Below are positions 13,465 to 23,678 of a stretch of 64,000 bases of DNA, piece after piece. Below the pieces are notes generated by a model that was given only the letters and a program-made list of their open reading frames with translations, was not told the DNA's origin and searched no databases. Position numbers and translations under genes: made by a program. The stretch is from Eledone cirrhosa. Its lineage: Eukaryota. Location of the stretch: NCBI GenBank assembly GCA_964016885.1, contig OZ024762.1:11222001-11286000 (forward strand). The letters are read 5' to 3'. The number at the start of each line of letters is the position of its first letter. Position 1 is the first letter of the stretch.

Positions 13465-13812
13465 ATACTGCTGGATCGTAGATATAGCCTGTCCATCTGA
13501 TAACAAGGTATGTGATAAAGAAGGAAAAGAAATTGATAGATATGACAGGTTAGGTTGGGAGGTTAAGCAGTTGTGGTCACTGAAAATGTGGTGTGGTAAT
13601 ACCAATTATAGTTGGAGTCTTGGGAACAGTGAGTAAAGATCTTGAGAAGTACATTAAAGAAATAGGGGTTGGAATACGGATGGAACACTTACAAAATACA
13701 GCATTGCTTGGAACAGGTCAAATACTCCGGTGGCTACTCACTGGTAGTGAACAGCTAACACCCTAATACATCTCCAGCGTTAGAAGCTGAGCGCAGAAAC
13801 AGTAATAATAAT
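13465..13812 (+). mobile_element. R4/Dong-like RLE retrotransposon 3' fragment
   Basis: IVDIACPSDNKV...KEIDRYDRLGWEVKQLW, then PIIVGVLGTV...LQNTALLGT after a frameshift; (AAT)n tail. Confidence 0.75.
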
Positions 13813-14000
13813 AATTGTTTCCACTTTTGGCACAAGGCCAGCAATTACCCAATACATTACTGGTACTTTATTTTATCGACCACATAAGGATGAAAGGCAA
13901 AGTTAACCTAGACGGGATTTGAACTCAGACCGTAAAGGGACGTAACTATGCTAGACAGCATGGCGTCCAACACTCTACCGATACTGCCAATTCACCGCCC
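13812..14000 (-). mobile_element. Major tRNA-derived SINE (Nin/Deu-like central domain; Octopus OK/OR-type)
   Basis: Reverse complement of ...gagttcaaatcccg..ggttaactttgcctttcatccttac...gtcgataaaataaagtaccagt...ggccttgtgccaaaagtagaaacaatt. Other copies: 12662-12825(-), 13030-13120(-), 20234-20325(-), 23377-23550(+), 25246-25431(+), 28489-28677(+), 33462-33647(-), 33842-33990(-), 52534-52720(+), 55446-55632(-), 58738-59320(+, three copies), 63870-64000(-). Confidence 0.85.
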
Positions 14001-14023
14001 GTATATAATAAAAATAATAATAA

Positions 14024-14054
<31 letters not shown>

Positions 14055-14441
14055 AATAATGATTTCTTTATTAACCACAAGGGTTTACATAAAGTAGACA
14101 TTAAGGACAGTGCAGGACAATACAGGACGGTACAAATGGGCATTTCTGCGTGTAAAAAACAAAAAAAAAACAGAGGGTGTAACAAAAAATAACAATGAAA
14201 AATTCCCCAATAGGGGGGAGACTTCGGAGGGACATTTGTGGAGAAAGCCCAGTAAAAGGCCACAATGACCCTGGCCACCAAGGCAAGTGCCCTCTCCCAG
14301 TTTTCCACCTTTAATTTACAGATATATACTCAGAGTAGGCCCATTCACTCGGGCCATTCTTGCTTCTCTCACCCATCTTTCAACAAAATGCTGGGAAGAG
14401 AGCACTTCCCTCTCTACACTGATTTTCCTTTTCAAATGAAA

Positions 14442-17400
14442 TTAGAAAAAGTCAATCAGAGCATCACCGAAGAGGTAAGTGCTCGTCTTCAGCCCTTTCA
14501 AACGTGTCCACCATACTATCTCTTTCGCCATGGCCACCAGACAGATAAAAACTGCCTGCCCTTCCCGGCTAAAGGAGGAGGGCGGGGCAATCCTCACGAT
14601 GGACTCAGATGATAGCCGGATCCGTCCTAAACGCGACAGCAGGTGTTCGACATAAACCCACAAGTCAGAAATTTTCGGACACTGGACGAGTGCGTGCAGG
14701 ACGGTTTCGTCGCCCTGCACGCATCTCGGACATGCCCGGCTGACGGCACCTCCATGCCTGTAGAGTTTATCCCGAACTGGCAAGGCTCCTCGGTAGCACT
14801 GCCAGGCCAGAGATTTCTGGAAGTTGACCATAGGCCCTGGCCCGAAAGTTCTTCCGAAGAGATTGGCTAGTTGATTTTCGTCGACGCCTAGAGTTTCCCC
14901 AAGTACGTCGTCGCTCTTCCCCTCCACTAATCCTCTATAGAACGCCAAGGTGGAGTTTCCACCGATCACATTGCCCGATTGGTCGAGGGCTGTGAGCGCC
15001 TGAAGACATTCCAGTCTCCAGGCGCTCCCTCTCGGTCTTCGCTTGACCCAGGACTGCAGCTCCGTCAAGGAAACGAGCTGGGGAAATACGTGTCTAGCAA
15101 ACGGCGACCACACCTGATCACCGTCGAGGAAGAGGTGGAGATGTCGTAGCCTGAGCGCGTGCCTGCGCATCATCAGCCACGGCATGCCCAGCCCTCCACG
15201 TAGCGGGTGTTGACAACAGATGAACCGCCTGACCATCGGAGCGCGTCCCTTCCACAAAAAGCGAAAGAGCAAACGCTCCAGCGCAGTCAGGCGAGGCTTA
15301 GGACAAGGTACGACGGTCAGGCGGTAGCAGATGACAGACGCGATGTACGCGTTAGCCACCCCCGCTCGACCTTTCAGGGATAGCTTCCTCTCCGCCCATT
15401 TCTGGGTGAGAGAAGCCACCTTGCTCGTCACCTCGTCCCAGTTTTTGTCCGTCTGGAGGTCCGGACCGAACCAGACCCCTAGCAATTTAACCGGTCCGTC
15501 CGTCCAGCGTCCGACGACGCTGTTGGACGGCATGGACTTGCCTCTCCAGGTGCCGAGCTGCAGGCCCACTGACTTTTCCTGGTTGATCATTGCTCCTGTC
15601 ACCGCTTCGTATTCTCTTAGTGTAGTGCCGATCGCCTCGATGTGTTTGGCGTTCGACACCACTACGGTGACATCGTCCGCATATGCTGACACGGATCTTC
15701 CGCATCCTAGTTCGCGCGGGACGCCCCTCAACGTCTCCAGTTTGTGCAGTAATGGCTCGAGAGTCAATACGTACAAGAGGGACGAGAGGGGACATCCTTG
15801 GCGGACCGAGCGCATGATGTTGAACGGTTCCGACAGGTGACCGTTCACTCTCACCACAGAGCAGATGTCGCTGTGCATGGCAGCGATCCAGCCTCTGAAG
15901 ACGGGCCCAAAGCCAGCCGCCCTCAGGACTGCCGCTAGGTAACGATGGTCGACCCTATCGAAAGCTTTCGACTGATCTAAATTGATCAAGGACCCACCCG
16001 TGCCAGGTTCCCTAGCTACCCTCTCTACGATGTATCGCATGAGGTGGAGGTTGTCGTGGATGGATCCGTCGGGAATGGCGCATGTCTGCGCCTCTCCCAC
16101 CAGACCACCAACGACAAGCGCCAACCTCTTTGCTAGCACCTTGGCCAAAATCTTGAACTCTGTGTTTAGCAGAGTTATGGGCCGGAAATTATCTATGTTA
16201 TCCCCCTTGTTCGGATCCTTTCTCAGCAGTGCCACCGCTCCTCGGCTCACAGAACTGGGAATTCTCCCGTTATGTTGCCAGTTGCAGTAGACGTCCGCCA
16301 AGAGGCCTCCGAACAAGTCTGGCATCTGTACGTAAAGTTCATAGGGCAGACCATCCAAACCAGGCGATTTACCCCTTGTGCAGCCAGTCATTGCCTCCCT
16401 TACTTCAGCGGCTGTTATCGGCTTTTCGCAACACTTCGCCTCAGTGGCCGAGAGCCGCGGCAGTCCGTCGAGGTAGACACTAAAATCCATCCCTCGACCC
16501 GGCCCACCGCTGCCCCCGAACAGCTGAGCGAAGTGTCGCTGAAAAGCTTCACACATTTGCCCGGGATCGAGTAGCATGCGCCCGTCGTGGTCCACCAAAG
16601 ACCGGATCGTGGCTTTGTTGCCACGACGCGCCTCCGCCACTCGGGCCCATTGAACGGCTTTCGTCCCCTCGTGTCTGAGAGCACGCACCCTTGCTCTGAC
16701 AACGCAGCCTTCGTGCTTTGCATTGAAGAATTGGTCAAGGGCCAATTTCGCCGCAAGCACGTCGGTCGCAATGCCTTTGCTAAGCGCCTCGTCTAATTTT
16801 CTAACTAGTTCTCCCTCTGCTCTATTTTTCTCTATTGCTAAAGCCTTACTAAACCTAATGGATTCTATTCTAATCGCTCTTTTCAGAGCAAACCACCACT
16901 TGTTGTTGACGATGGCCCCCGTCAACGCCCGCTTAACTAGTTCGCTAATCCGGTCTCTGTAGGCCTTGTGCGCTGGTAAGGACGCGTTTAGCTTCCAGTA
17001 GCCGGGTCCTCGTCTATGAAGCCTATCTAAGTCAAGCACACAGATCACGAATTTGTGGTCCGTGTAGCTGACTATCTTGAATTGTGGACAGCCTATGCTA
17101 GACCTATCTATTTCCCTACAAAATACTCTATCTAGATATGATCTGGATGACCTTATGCGATTTGTCCATGTCCACATTGGCACATTCGGGAAATCCAATC
17201 GGTACCTGTCAGACAGTTCAAAACGCCTGAGCAGGTTGGTGAGGCTCTTGCACCCTCCACCCCTATCCGCTAATCCCACACAGTCCCAGCGTGCATCTAA
17301 GATCCCGTTCCAGTCGCCCACTAACACTAAAGAGCGGGACGTTCCAAGAAAGGTCTCCAGACGCCGGAAGAAATCAGGCCGCCCTGCTCCTGTCGGGGCA

Positions 17401-17735
17401 TAGACGGCCACTAGCCTGAAAGCTTGCCCGTCTCCGCTGGTCACGTCCAGCACCACCAACTTACCCTCTGGGTCCAGGAAGATGGCCCGTATGGCGAGAT
17501 CCAAACCTCTCCGAAAAAGCACAGCAACTCCTCTCCCCGATCCAGGACGGCTGGGAGATGCGTACACATCGTAGCCGCCGAAGATCGGTGCGAAGGCCCG
17601 TGCTTCGGAGATTCTGGTCTCGTTGATGGCCACTACATCTATGTTTAGTGACCTGAGGTCGTTGAGCAGGTGACCCTGCTTCCATGACGACCCCAAGCCA
17701 CGCGCATTTATGCTGCCTATTCTGAGTGAGGTCAT
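14442..17735 (-). CDS. Tx1 ORF2: AP endonuclease + reverse transcriptase + zf-RVT
   Basis: SINARGL, INETR, VYAP, VGDWN, SYLDRVF, YTDH; KSPGLDG, FRPITLLN, LDQSKAFDRVDH, VRQGCPLS, YADD; CPRC..ETVLHALVQC. The stop at 14442 is probably premature (the frame continues 41 codons to 14316, including FVERW). Confidence 0.95.
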   Translation of the reverse strand: MTSLRIGSINARGLGSSWKQGHLLNDLRSLNIDVVAINETRISEARAFAPIFGGYDVYASPSRPGSGRGVAVLFRRGLDLAIRAIFLDPEGKLVVLDVTSGDGQAFRLVAVYAPTGAGRPDFFRRLETFLGTSRSLVLVGDWNGILDARWDCVGLADRGGGCKSLTNLLRRFELSDRYRLDFPNVPMWTWTNRIRSSRSYLDRVFCREIDRSSIGCPQFKIVSYTDHKFVICVLDLDRLHRRGPGYWKLNASLPAHKAYRDRISELVKRALTGAIVNNKWWFALKRAIRIESIRFSKALAIEKNRAEGELVRKLDEALSKGIATDVLAAKLALDQFFNAKHEGCVVRARVRALRHEGTKAVQWARVAEARRGNKATIRSLVDHDGRMLLDPGQMCEAFQRHFAQLFGGSGGPGRGMDFSVYLDGLPRLSATEAKCCEKPITAAEVREAMTGCTRGKSPGLDGLPYELYVQMPDLFGGLLADVYCNWQHNGRIPSSVSRGAVALLRKDPNKGDNIDNFRPITLLNTEFKILAKVLAKRLALVVGGLVGEAQTCAIPDGSIHDNLHLMRYIVERVAREPGTGGSLINLDQSKAFDRVDHRYLAAVLRAAGFGPVFRGWIAAMHSDICSVVRVNGHLSEPFNIMRSVRQGCPLSSLLYVLTLEPLLHKLETLRGVPRELGCGRSVSAYADDVTVVVSNAKHIEAIGTTLREYEAVTGAMINQEKSVGLQLGTWRGKSMPSNSVVGRWTDGPVKLLGVWFGPDLQTDKNWDEVTSKVASLTQKWAERKLSLKGRAGVANAYIASVICYRLTVVPCPKPRLTALERLLFRFLWKGRAPMVRRFICCQHPLRGGLGMPWLMMRRHALRLRHLHLFLDGDQVWSPFARHVFPQLVSLTELQSWVKRRPRGSAWRLECLQALTALDQSGNVIGGNSTLAFYRGLVEGKSDDVLGETLGVDENQLANLFGRTFGPGPMVNFQKSLAWQCYRGALPVRDKLYRHGGAVSRACPRCVQGDETVLHALVQCPKISDLWVYVEHLLSRLGRIRLSSESIVRIAPPSSFSREGQAVFICLVAMAKEIVWWTRLKGLKTSTYLFGDALIDFF

Positions 17736-18099
17736 GTTTAAAATAGAGTGGAAAAGATGGGAAAGACCACTTACCGTACTTTTCGTAGAGGAGGGATGAT
17801 TTTTACATCCCTTTTCACTTGATCGTCTGGTGAAGGGACCGTTGAATCGTCCCTTCGGCTGGTCATCGGCTCTTCTATGAGTATGTCCGAATATACTCTT
17901 CGGTTGATAGTTCCTCCTAGGTCTCTGAAATCACCAACTGCGTTGGGGAATTTCGTTTTAATGTTTGTGTATTGTTTCTGTGCTATTTTTAGCAGTCTTA
18001 TGTTAGTTGGCGTTTTGATTGGTGCTGGTATTATGTAGTCGTGTTGTGAAATGTCTGTGTGTTCAATTATGTAAGTCATTAGTTTCTTGTTGTGTGTAT

Positions 18100-19881
18100 T
18101 TATTGCCGTGCATTTGTTTTTCTGGGGGTGGGTGTGGTTCTGCTATTTTCTTGTCGTTTTTGCTGGGTGTGTGTGTTTTGTTGTTGTGTTTGCGATGTTG
18201 GTGCTTCTGGTGGTGGTGTTGAAGGTGTTGTTGTTGTTGGCGGTGGGGTTGTCGCCGGTGGTGATGGTGGTGCTAGTGTGGGTGGTGATGGTGTTGGTGG
18301 TGTTGCTGCTGTGAGTCTCTTTGCAGTAGACTTTACCCTTTTTTCATTTCTTTCCTCCCTTTTCAAAGGCGACGATGTGCTGCTTCTGCGTTTGTGCCTT
18401 CTTACGACCTTTTGCCATCCCTCTCCCACCTCACACTCCATGTCTGATTCTGTGAGGTCGGGGAGGGGTACCAGCTCCACTCTTTCACTTGTTGTTGTTG
18501 ATGATGTTTGCACTGGAGTCTCTGTTGCAGCTGCATTTGGTATTGCTATTGTTGTTGTTGTTAATACTTCCACTGCTGCTGCTGTTTTTGATTTCCGTGG
18601 CGTGGGTATGGGTGCCACGGACCTATCGTTCCTGGTTGCCGCTTGTCCTGTTGCTGGTAGCCGTGGAGCCGGTTTCGGAAGGAGGGGGGTTTTCTCCTTT
18701 CTCAGGGTCTTCTCGTTGCAGAAGGCCCTGAGGTGAGTCTTCGATTCACAGCGAAAGCATTTCAGGCGTTTGCCCTCAACACTTATGGGCAGTTGAGTGC
18801 CGTTATCGAAGTCTATCACATCCGGGATAGCTTCGATGCACTCCTGGTTGGTTTGGATTAACATCTCAATGGAGGTGCCGACCCAATCTTCTCTTACTTT
18901 TTTCTGTACTTGCAGTACAGTTGTTTTGTCCTCGATTCCGACGAGGACAGACGCGGCCAGCCAAGAAGGGGCCATCCCGGGGGGGGGGGGGGCGTGGGTC
19001 AGTTTGACCCTCACAATTTTTTGCCCGCAGTAGGAGGGCACCAACACCATTTCCTCGCTCCTTAGGGTCACTACGGATTGAGCCTTTGCCCCCTGGGGTG
19101 TAGCAAAAAGTACGTCTACGGTGGCATATTTCTTGCCTCGGGTGATGTGTGTTTTCCGCTGCCACACAGACCCCAAGGCTTTTTGTATTTGAGCCTCTGT
19201 GGCTCTTTCCACCCTACGGGATTTTGTACTTACTGTACGGTACGTGACCGTACAGTGCTGTTGGGTTTCGAAAAAATTTTCCGCTGCCTTGCAGATTGCT
19301 CGGTGTCCAGTTTTTGTCACCATCTTCTTCGCTTCCTCTAATTCCTCATTTGTTATGAGGATTGTTTCCAGGTTCTTCGCGATACCTGCAAACGAGATTG
19401 GTTTTTCTTTGCTGTTGTTGTTGTTGTCGTCAGAGCTGCTGTTACTTTTGTTGTTGCTGCAGGTACTACGACTACTGCCGCCGCCGCTGTTGCTATGGTT
19501 GTTGTTGTTGTTGCTGCTGCTAATGCTGTTGTTGTTTATGCTGCTGCTGATGCTGTTGCGGCTGCTACTGTTGTTTTCATTGTCACTGTTGCTGTTGTTA
19601 TTACGGCTGCTACTGCTATTATTCCTGACGTCAGACGAATGAAATGGGTTTTCGTATTTCCCGCACACCTGTTTCGTCGTCGTTGTCGTCGTGGAGAAAT
19701 CTTGCACGCTTTGCACGAGACTTTTCTTTTCTGTCGTCGCTTGCGAAAGAGAAGGGAGGGAGAGAGACACATTTAAAGAAGGGAGGGAGAGAGACAATCT
19801 TCTCTCTGCTGTAGTGACGATTGAGGAAGAAGAAGACGGAATGAGTGGGAGTGACCTATGAAAATTCTTTTTCGTAGCCAT
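18100..19881 (-). CDS. Tx1 ORF1 (nucleic-acid-binding protein): N/S-rich tract, CCHC knuckle, P/T-rich tail
   Basis: CFRCESKTHLRAFC; lies upstream of ORF2. It probably continued into 17771-18079 before a frameshift. Confidence 0.85.
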   Translation of the reverse strand: MATKKNFHRSLPLIPSSSSSIVTTAERRLSLSLPSLNVSLSLPSLSQATTEKKSLVQSVQDFSTTTTTTKQVCGKYENPFHSSDVRNNSSSSRNNNSNSDNENNSSSRNSISSSINNNSISSSNNNNNHSNSGGGSSRSTCSNNKSNSSSDDNNNNSKEKPISFAGIAKNLETILITNEELEEAKKMVTKTGHRAICKAAENFFETQQHCTVTYRTVSTKSRRVERATEAQIQKALGSVWQRKTHITRGKKYATVDVLFATPQGAKAQSVVTLRSEEMVLVPSYCGQKIVRVKLTHAPPPPGMAPSWLAASVLVGIEDKTTVLQVQKKVREDWVGTSIEMLIQTNQECIEAIPDVIDFDNGTQLPISVEGKRLKCFRCESKTHLRAFCNEKTLRKEKTPLLPKPAPRLPATGQAATRNDRSVAPIPTPRKSKTAAAVEVLTTTTIAIPNAAATETPVQTSSTTTSERVELVPLPDLTESDMECEVGEGWQKVVRRHKRRSSTSSPLKREERNEKRVKSTAKRLTAATPPTPSPPTLAPPSPPATTPPPTTTTPSTPPPEAPTSQTQQQNTHTQQKRQENSRTTPTPRKTNARQ

Positions 19882-20101
19882 GTTGTTTTTTTTTTTTGTT
19901 TAAAATAAATATTGGGCACAAAACCCCAATAAGCAGTTATTTAACCCCGAAGGGCCAAATAACGGGCAGAAAGACCCCTCTCACGAGGAGGAGGGTGTTT
20001 TTGTCTACAAGTTGGTAAAAGTTTAAAACAATTTACAATTGTTATAGCGTTCAAAATTTACAATACCTTACAGAGCCGAGCCTCCGTCAACCATAGCATT
20101 C

Positions 20102-20170
<69 letters not shown>

Positions 20171-20434
20171 AAGAAGAAGAAGAAGAAGAAGAAGAAGAAG
20201 AAGAAGAAGAAGAAGAAGAAGAAGAAGAAGAAGAATTGTTTCTATTTTTGGCACAAGGCCAGCAATTATCCCAGTGTATTACTGGTACTTTATTTTATCG
20301 ACCCCGAAAGATGAAAAGCAAAGTTAATAATAATAGGAATCCAACAACAGAAACATGGTAAAATCATGTCTTTATTAAAATTATTGCTGTCAATAATTAA
20401 AAAGTCAAAAGATTTCAACTATTAATTATCAGTT

Positions 20435-21862
20435 TTAGTCTTGAGCCCATTTTTCTACTTCCCCTTTTGAGGATATTGCAAATATTATTGTACCAAGTAC
20501 AACTAGGACGGCACACAATAAAAAGTAGATTTGCCATTCATCTCGGCTACCGTTTGGTGTTAGTAATTTGGCAACTAAAGGAGCCACAATCCCAGAAATG
20601 CATCCAAATGTATTAACAATACCAAATAGAACCCCAGCATAATTTGGGGCAATGTCTAAAGGGTTGGCAAGAAATCCTCCAATTGAACTTGAGACAAATA
20701 CACCGAAAACAAACAACATGACAACAGTCAGAGTTGTTTGGTTACAGTTCAGAAACCCTATCGCAATAAGTGGTGGTACACAACCAATAAAAGATATAGA
20801 CTGGAAAATTACTCGAATTGAACGCTTAGACAGATAATTCTTGAAAAATAAGAAGTCTGCCAGATATGCAAACAACGGCATTGCGATGAGTTCCACAAGA
20901 CATGGAACTGAAGATATTAATCCATTAGATGCTGGAGAGACATTGAATACATCCTTCATATAAAGAGGAAACAACAATTGGAATGTGGTTTCAAGGTAGG
21001 CAAAGCAGGCGCAACTAGAACAAATAACCCAAACCGCTGAAGAAGTCAGTATTTTTTTCTTTGGTATAACTTTGACCTTTTTTGAAGAGGTTGAAGATGT
21101 GATGGCACTGTTGATATAAGAACGTTCTTCTTGTGTGATAGAAGGATGGAGATCTGGATTATCATAAACAATATAAAACCACAAACAACTAAATACCAAC
21201 GATGTTCCACCAAATATATAAAATATGGATCCCCATCCATTATCAAATCCATGTTCACAAAGAAAACCACCAATTGTCAATCCTAAAACGCACCCCAAAC
21301 CTTGGCCAGTGAAAGAAATCCCATTCAATATGCTACTCTCTTGTGGTGGATCCCACCGTCCCCATAAAGACTGGATTGTCGGAAATATCGGTCCTGATGC
21401 CAAACCTGTCAATATTCTTAAGACAAGGGTAAAATATTCACTTATTCGTGTTAAAACTGGATGAAGAAGACTCAGAATAGATGCTGAGAGAAGAGAAGTC
21501 CCTAGAATAATTTTACCACCATATTTATCAGCCAATACACCACCAAGAACATTAGTTGCCATATAACCATAGAAATACCCAGCCACCATGTTTGATTGTA
21601 GAGTGTTACTCCATTCAAACTCTTCTTCATATGTTTTATTGAACGGACCATACTCCGAGCTGGAACAAAGTTTGTTGTTTCCTGTAAGGTTGACTTCTCC
21701 AGATGAATGATTGGTTGGCTTCAACATACAAACCAAGGCCATACTGAGGTCGCTACGTAAGATCTGCATTAGAAGAGCAGCCATAAAACTCATGTAACCC
21801 AATCTCCATCGACATAAAGTATAATGTGATATAAAGATGGTAAATTTTGACATTCTTGACAT
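20435..21862 (-). CDS. SLC17 (sialin/VGLUT family) MFS transporter, copy D, intronless CDS (475 aa from ATG 21862; alternative ATG 21853)
   Basis: Intact ORF paralogous to 7868-9274: LRSDLSMA, GGVLADKYGGK, GWGSIFYIFG, NPLDIAPNYAG, GEVEKWA. Confidence 0.92.
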   Translation of the reverse strand: MSRMSKFTIFISHYTLCRWRLGYMSFMAALLMQILRSDLSMALVCMLKPTNHSSGEVNLTGNNKLCSSSEYGPFNKTYEEEFEWSNTLQSNMVAGYFYGYMATNVLGGVLADKYGGKIILGTSLLSASILSLLHPVLTRISEYFTLVLRILTGLASGPIFPTIQSLWGRWDPPQESSILNGISFTGQGLGCVLGLTIGGFLCEHGFDNGWGSIFYIFGGTSLVFSCLWFYIVYDNPDLHPSITQEERSYINSAITSSTSSKKVKVIPKKKILTSSAVWVICSSCACFAYLETTFQLLFPLYMKDVFNVSPASNGLISSVPCLVELIAMPLFAYLADFLFFKNYLSKRSIRVIFQSISFIGCVPPLIAIGFLNCNQTTLTVVMLFVFGVFVSSSIGGFLANPLDIAPNYAGVLFGIVNTFGCISGIVAPLVAKLLTPNGSRDEWQIYFLLCAVLVVLGTIIFAISSKGEVEKWAQD

Positions 21863-22215
21863 CAGTTTAATATCCAATAATTCTCACACACAATCGAACT
21901 TATTTTCGTTAGAAGGTGTTACGGAACTTCTTGATTTTTTATTTTATAATATATTTTGTAATGTTCATTGGATACTGAAATGTACCGGAAGTGTATCTCG
22001 TATATAATTTTATTGTCTATCTGAGATTATTTGGTAAAATAAGAGAGTTTATTCTGTCATCATCATCTGGCAGTTGTGTGTTTGGTAATCCATAGATTAT
22101 TGGTGACCCGGTAAAATATAAAATATAAAATTTAGATATAAGTGAATATTGAAATGTATTTCTTATTTCAGTCTGTCTTGATCCTTTAAATTATATATTT
22201 ATATATATATATATA

Positions 22216-22251
<36 letters not shown>

Positions 22252-22268
22252 CACATATATCCTTTAAA

Positions 22269-22333
<65 letters not shown>

Positions 22334-22472
22334 TGTTAAACAATATTCAATGATTATGTCAAAGAATGAGTTTTACAGTAGATTGGGAGCACTCAACGGG
22401 AAAAATAATTTTCTGGAGTTATTAATATTAAAATATAAATATTAATAAAATAGATGTTCTTTGGATCAATTA

Positions 22473-22527
22473 CATTTTATTATACATATTTCGGATGTAC
22501 AACAGTACGTGCTCATCAGACAAAATA
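22473..22527 (-). ncRNA. Minimal type-I hammerhead ribozyme motif
   Basis: uauuuugu CUGAUGA g-cacguac-uguu-guacauc-c GAAA uaugua UA auaaaaug; stem I pairs with G-U wobbles. Confidence 0.7.
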
Positions 22528-22609
22528 TAATGATACATGACATACCCTGATATGTAAAATGGTTACTACCTTAACCATTTAACATCTCAGAGTATGTCAT
22601 GTATCATTA

Positions 22610-22664
22610 TATTTTGTCTGATGAGCACGTACTGTTGTACATCCGAAATATGTATAATAAAATG
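22610..22664 (+). ncRNA. Minimal type-I hammerhead ribozyme motif
   Basis: tattttgt CTGATGA gcacgtactgttgtacatcc GAAA tatgta TA ataaaatg. Confidence 0.7.
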
Positions 22665-22770
22665 TAATTGATCCAAAGAACATCTATTTTATTAATATTT
22701 ATATTTTAATATATATATATATATATACATATATATGTATAAATATATATATACATATATATATGTATAA

Positions 22771-22882
<112 letters not shown>

Positions 22883-23008
22883 ACACTGGAAGGTAATATC
22901 CGTAGTGGTAAAGCACTCAACGCACTTTTTCCACATAGGAGTGACGGAGTATATTTAGAATAAGAAAATGTGAAGTAGTTTCACATGTTAAAATCCTTTA
23001 ATGATAAT

Positions 23009-23083
23009 GCTGTGATACATATTTCAATGACGACAGTGGCTACACGATTCCGTGTACCCAGTGCCGTGACATCATCAGACAGC
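23009..23083 (-). ncRNA. Type-I hammerhead ribozyme motif with extended stem II
   Basis: gcugu CUGAUGA [long hairpin ...uacacg-gaau-cgugua...] GAAA uaugua UC acagc; perfect 5-bp stem I. Confidence 0.75.
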
Positions 23084-23299
23084 TTCTTACATAATAAGAT
23101 TACATTCCCCCAGGCAATCCAAAGTGAAACGACAAGCGAACGGACAAAGCGAGTGTACTTCAATAATTCACCCGTTCACCCCACCTGTTTGCGCAGGCGC
23201 AAGTCCGAAGGAAGTTGACCATCCTCTACCCGCTTTGTCCGTTCCCTTGTCGTTTCACTTTGGATTGCCTGGGGGGAACGTAACCTTATTATGTAAGAA

Positions 23300-23376
23300 G
23301 CTGTCTGATGATGTCACGACACTGGGTACACGGAATTGTGTGGCCACACTGTCGTCATTGAAATATGTATCACAGC
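23300..23376 (+). ncRNA. Type-I hammerhead ribozyme motif with extended stem II
   Basis: gctgt CTGATGA tgtcacgacactgggtacacggaattgtgtggccacactgtcgtcatt GAAA tatgta TC acagc. Confidence 0.72.
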
Positions 23377-23597
23377 AATCGGTAGAGGGTCGGACGCCAT
23401 GCTTTGACGCATAGAGTTACGGCCCTTGCCATTCTGAGTTCAAATCCCGCCGAGGTTAACTTTGCCTTTCATCCTTACGGGGTCGATAAAATAAAGTACC
23501 AGTAATACACTGGGAAATTGCTGGCCTTGTGCCAAAAGTAGAAACAATTATCATTAAAGGACTTTAACATGTGAAACTACTTCTCATTTTCTTATTC

Positions 23598-23678
<81 letters not shown>

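Larger units (their letters stand above)
14060..20101 (-). mobile_element. Near full-length L1/Tx1-clade non-LTR retrotransposon (about 6 kb)
   Basis: 5'UTR, ORF1 with CCHC knuckle, 35-bp spacer, ORF2 APE-RT-zf, 3'UTR ending in AATAAA. Both ends are embedded in (AAT)n(AAG)n tracts. Confidence 0.93.
22425..22712. repeat. Fold-back palindrome 1 (about 140-bp arms, 6-nt loop at 22566-22571), flanked by (TA)n
   Basis: The arms are reverse complements with a few mismatches and one 1-nt indel. Confidence 0.92.
22956..23599. repeat. Fold-back palindrome 2 (about 195-bp arms, 80-bp spacer); right arm interrupted by a SINE at 23377-23550
   Basis: 22956-23151 is the reverse complement of 23231-23376 plus 23548-23599. 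Confidence 0.9.

Noticed and set aside
14643-17648. Multiple + strand ORFs inside the Tx1 element
   Set aside because: Antisense shadows of the GC-rich ORF2 with no recognisable motifs.
21863-21877. ORF-track start MDIKL for SLC17 copy D
   Set aside because: It is a TTG codon; the first ATG is at 21862, and the paralog has a stop in this stretch.
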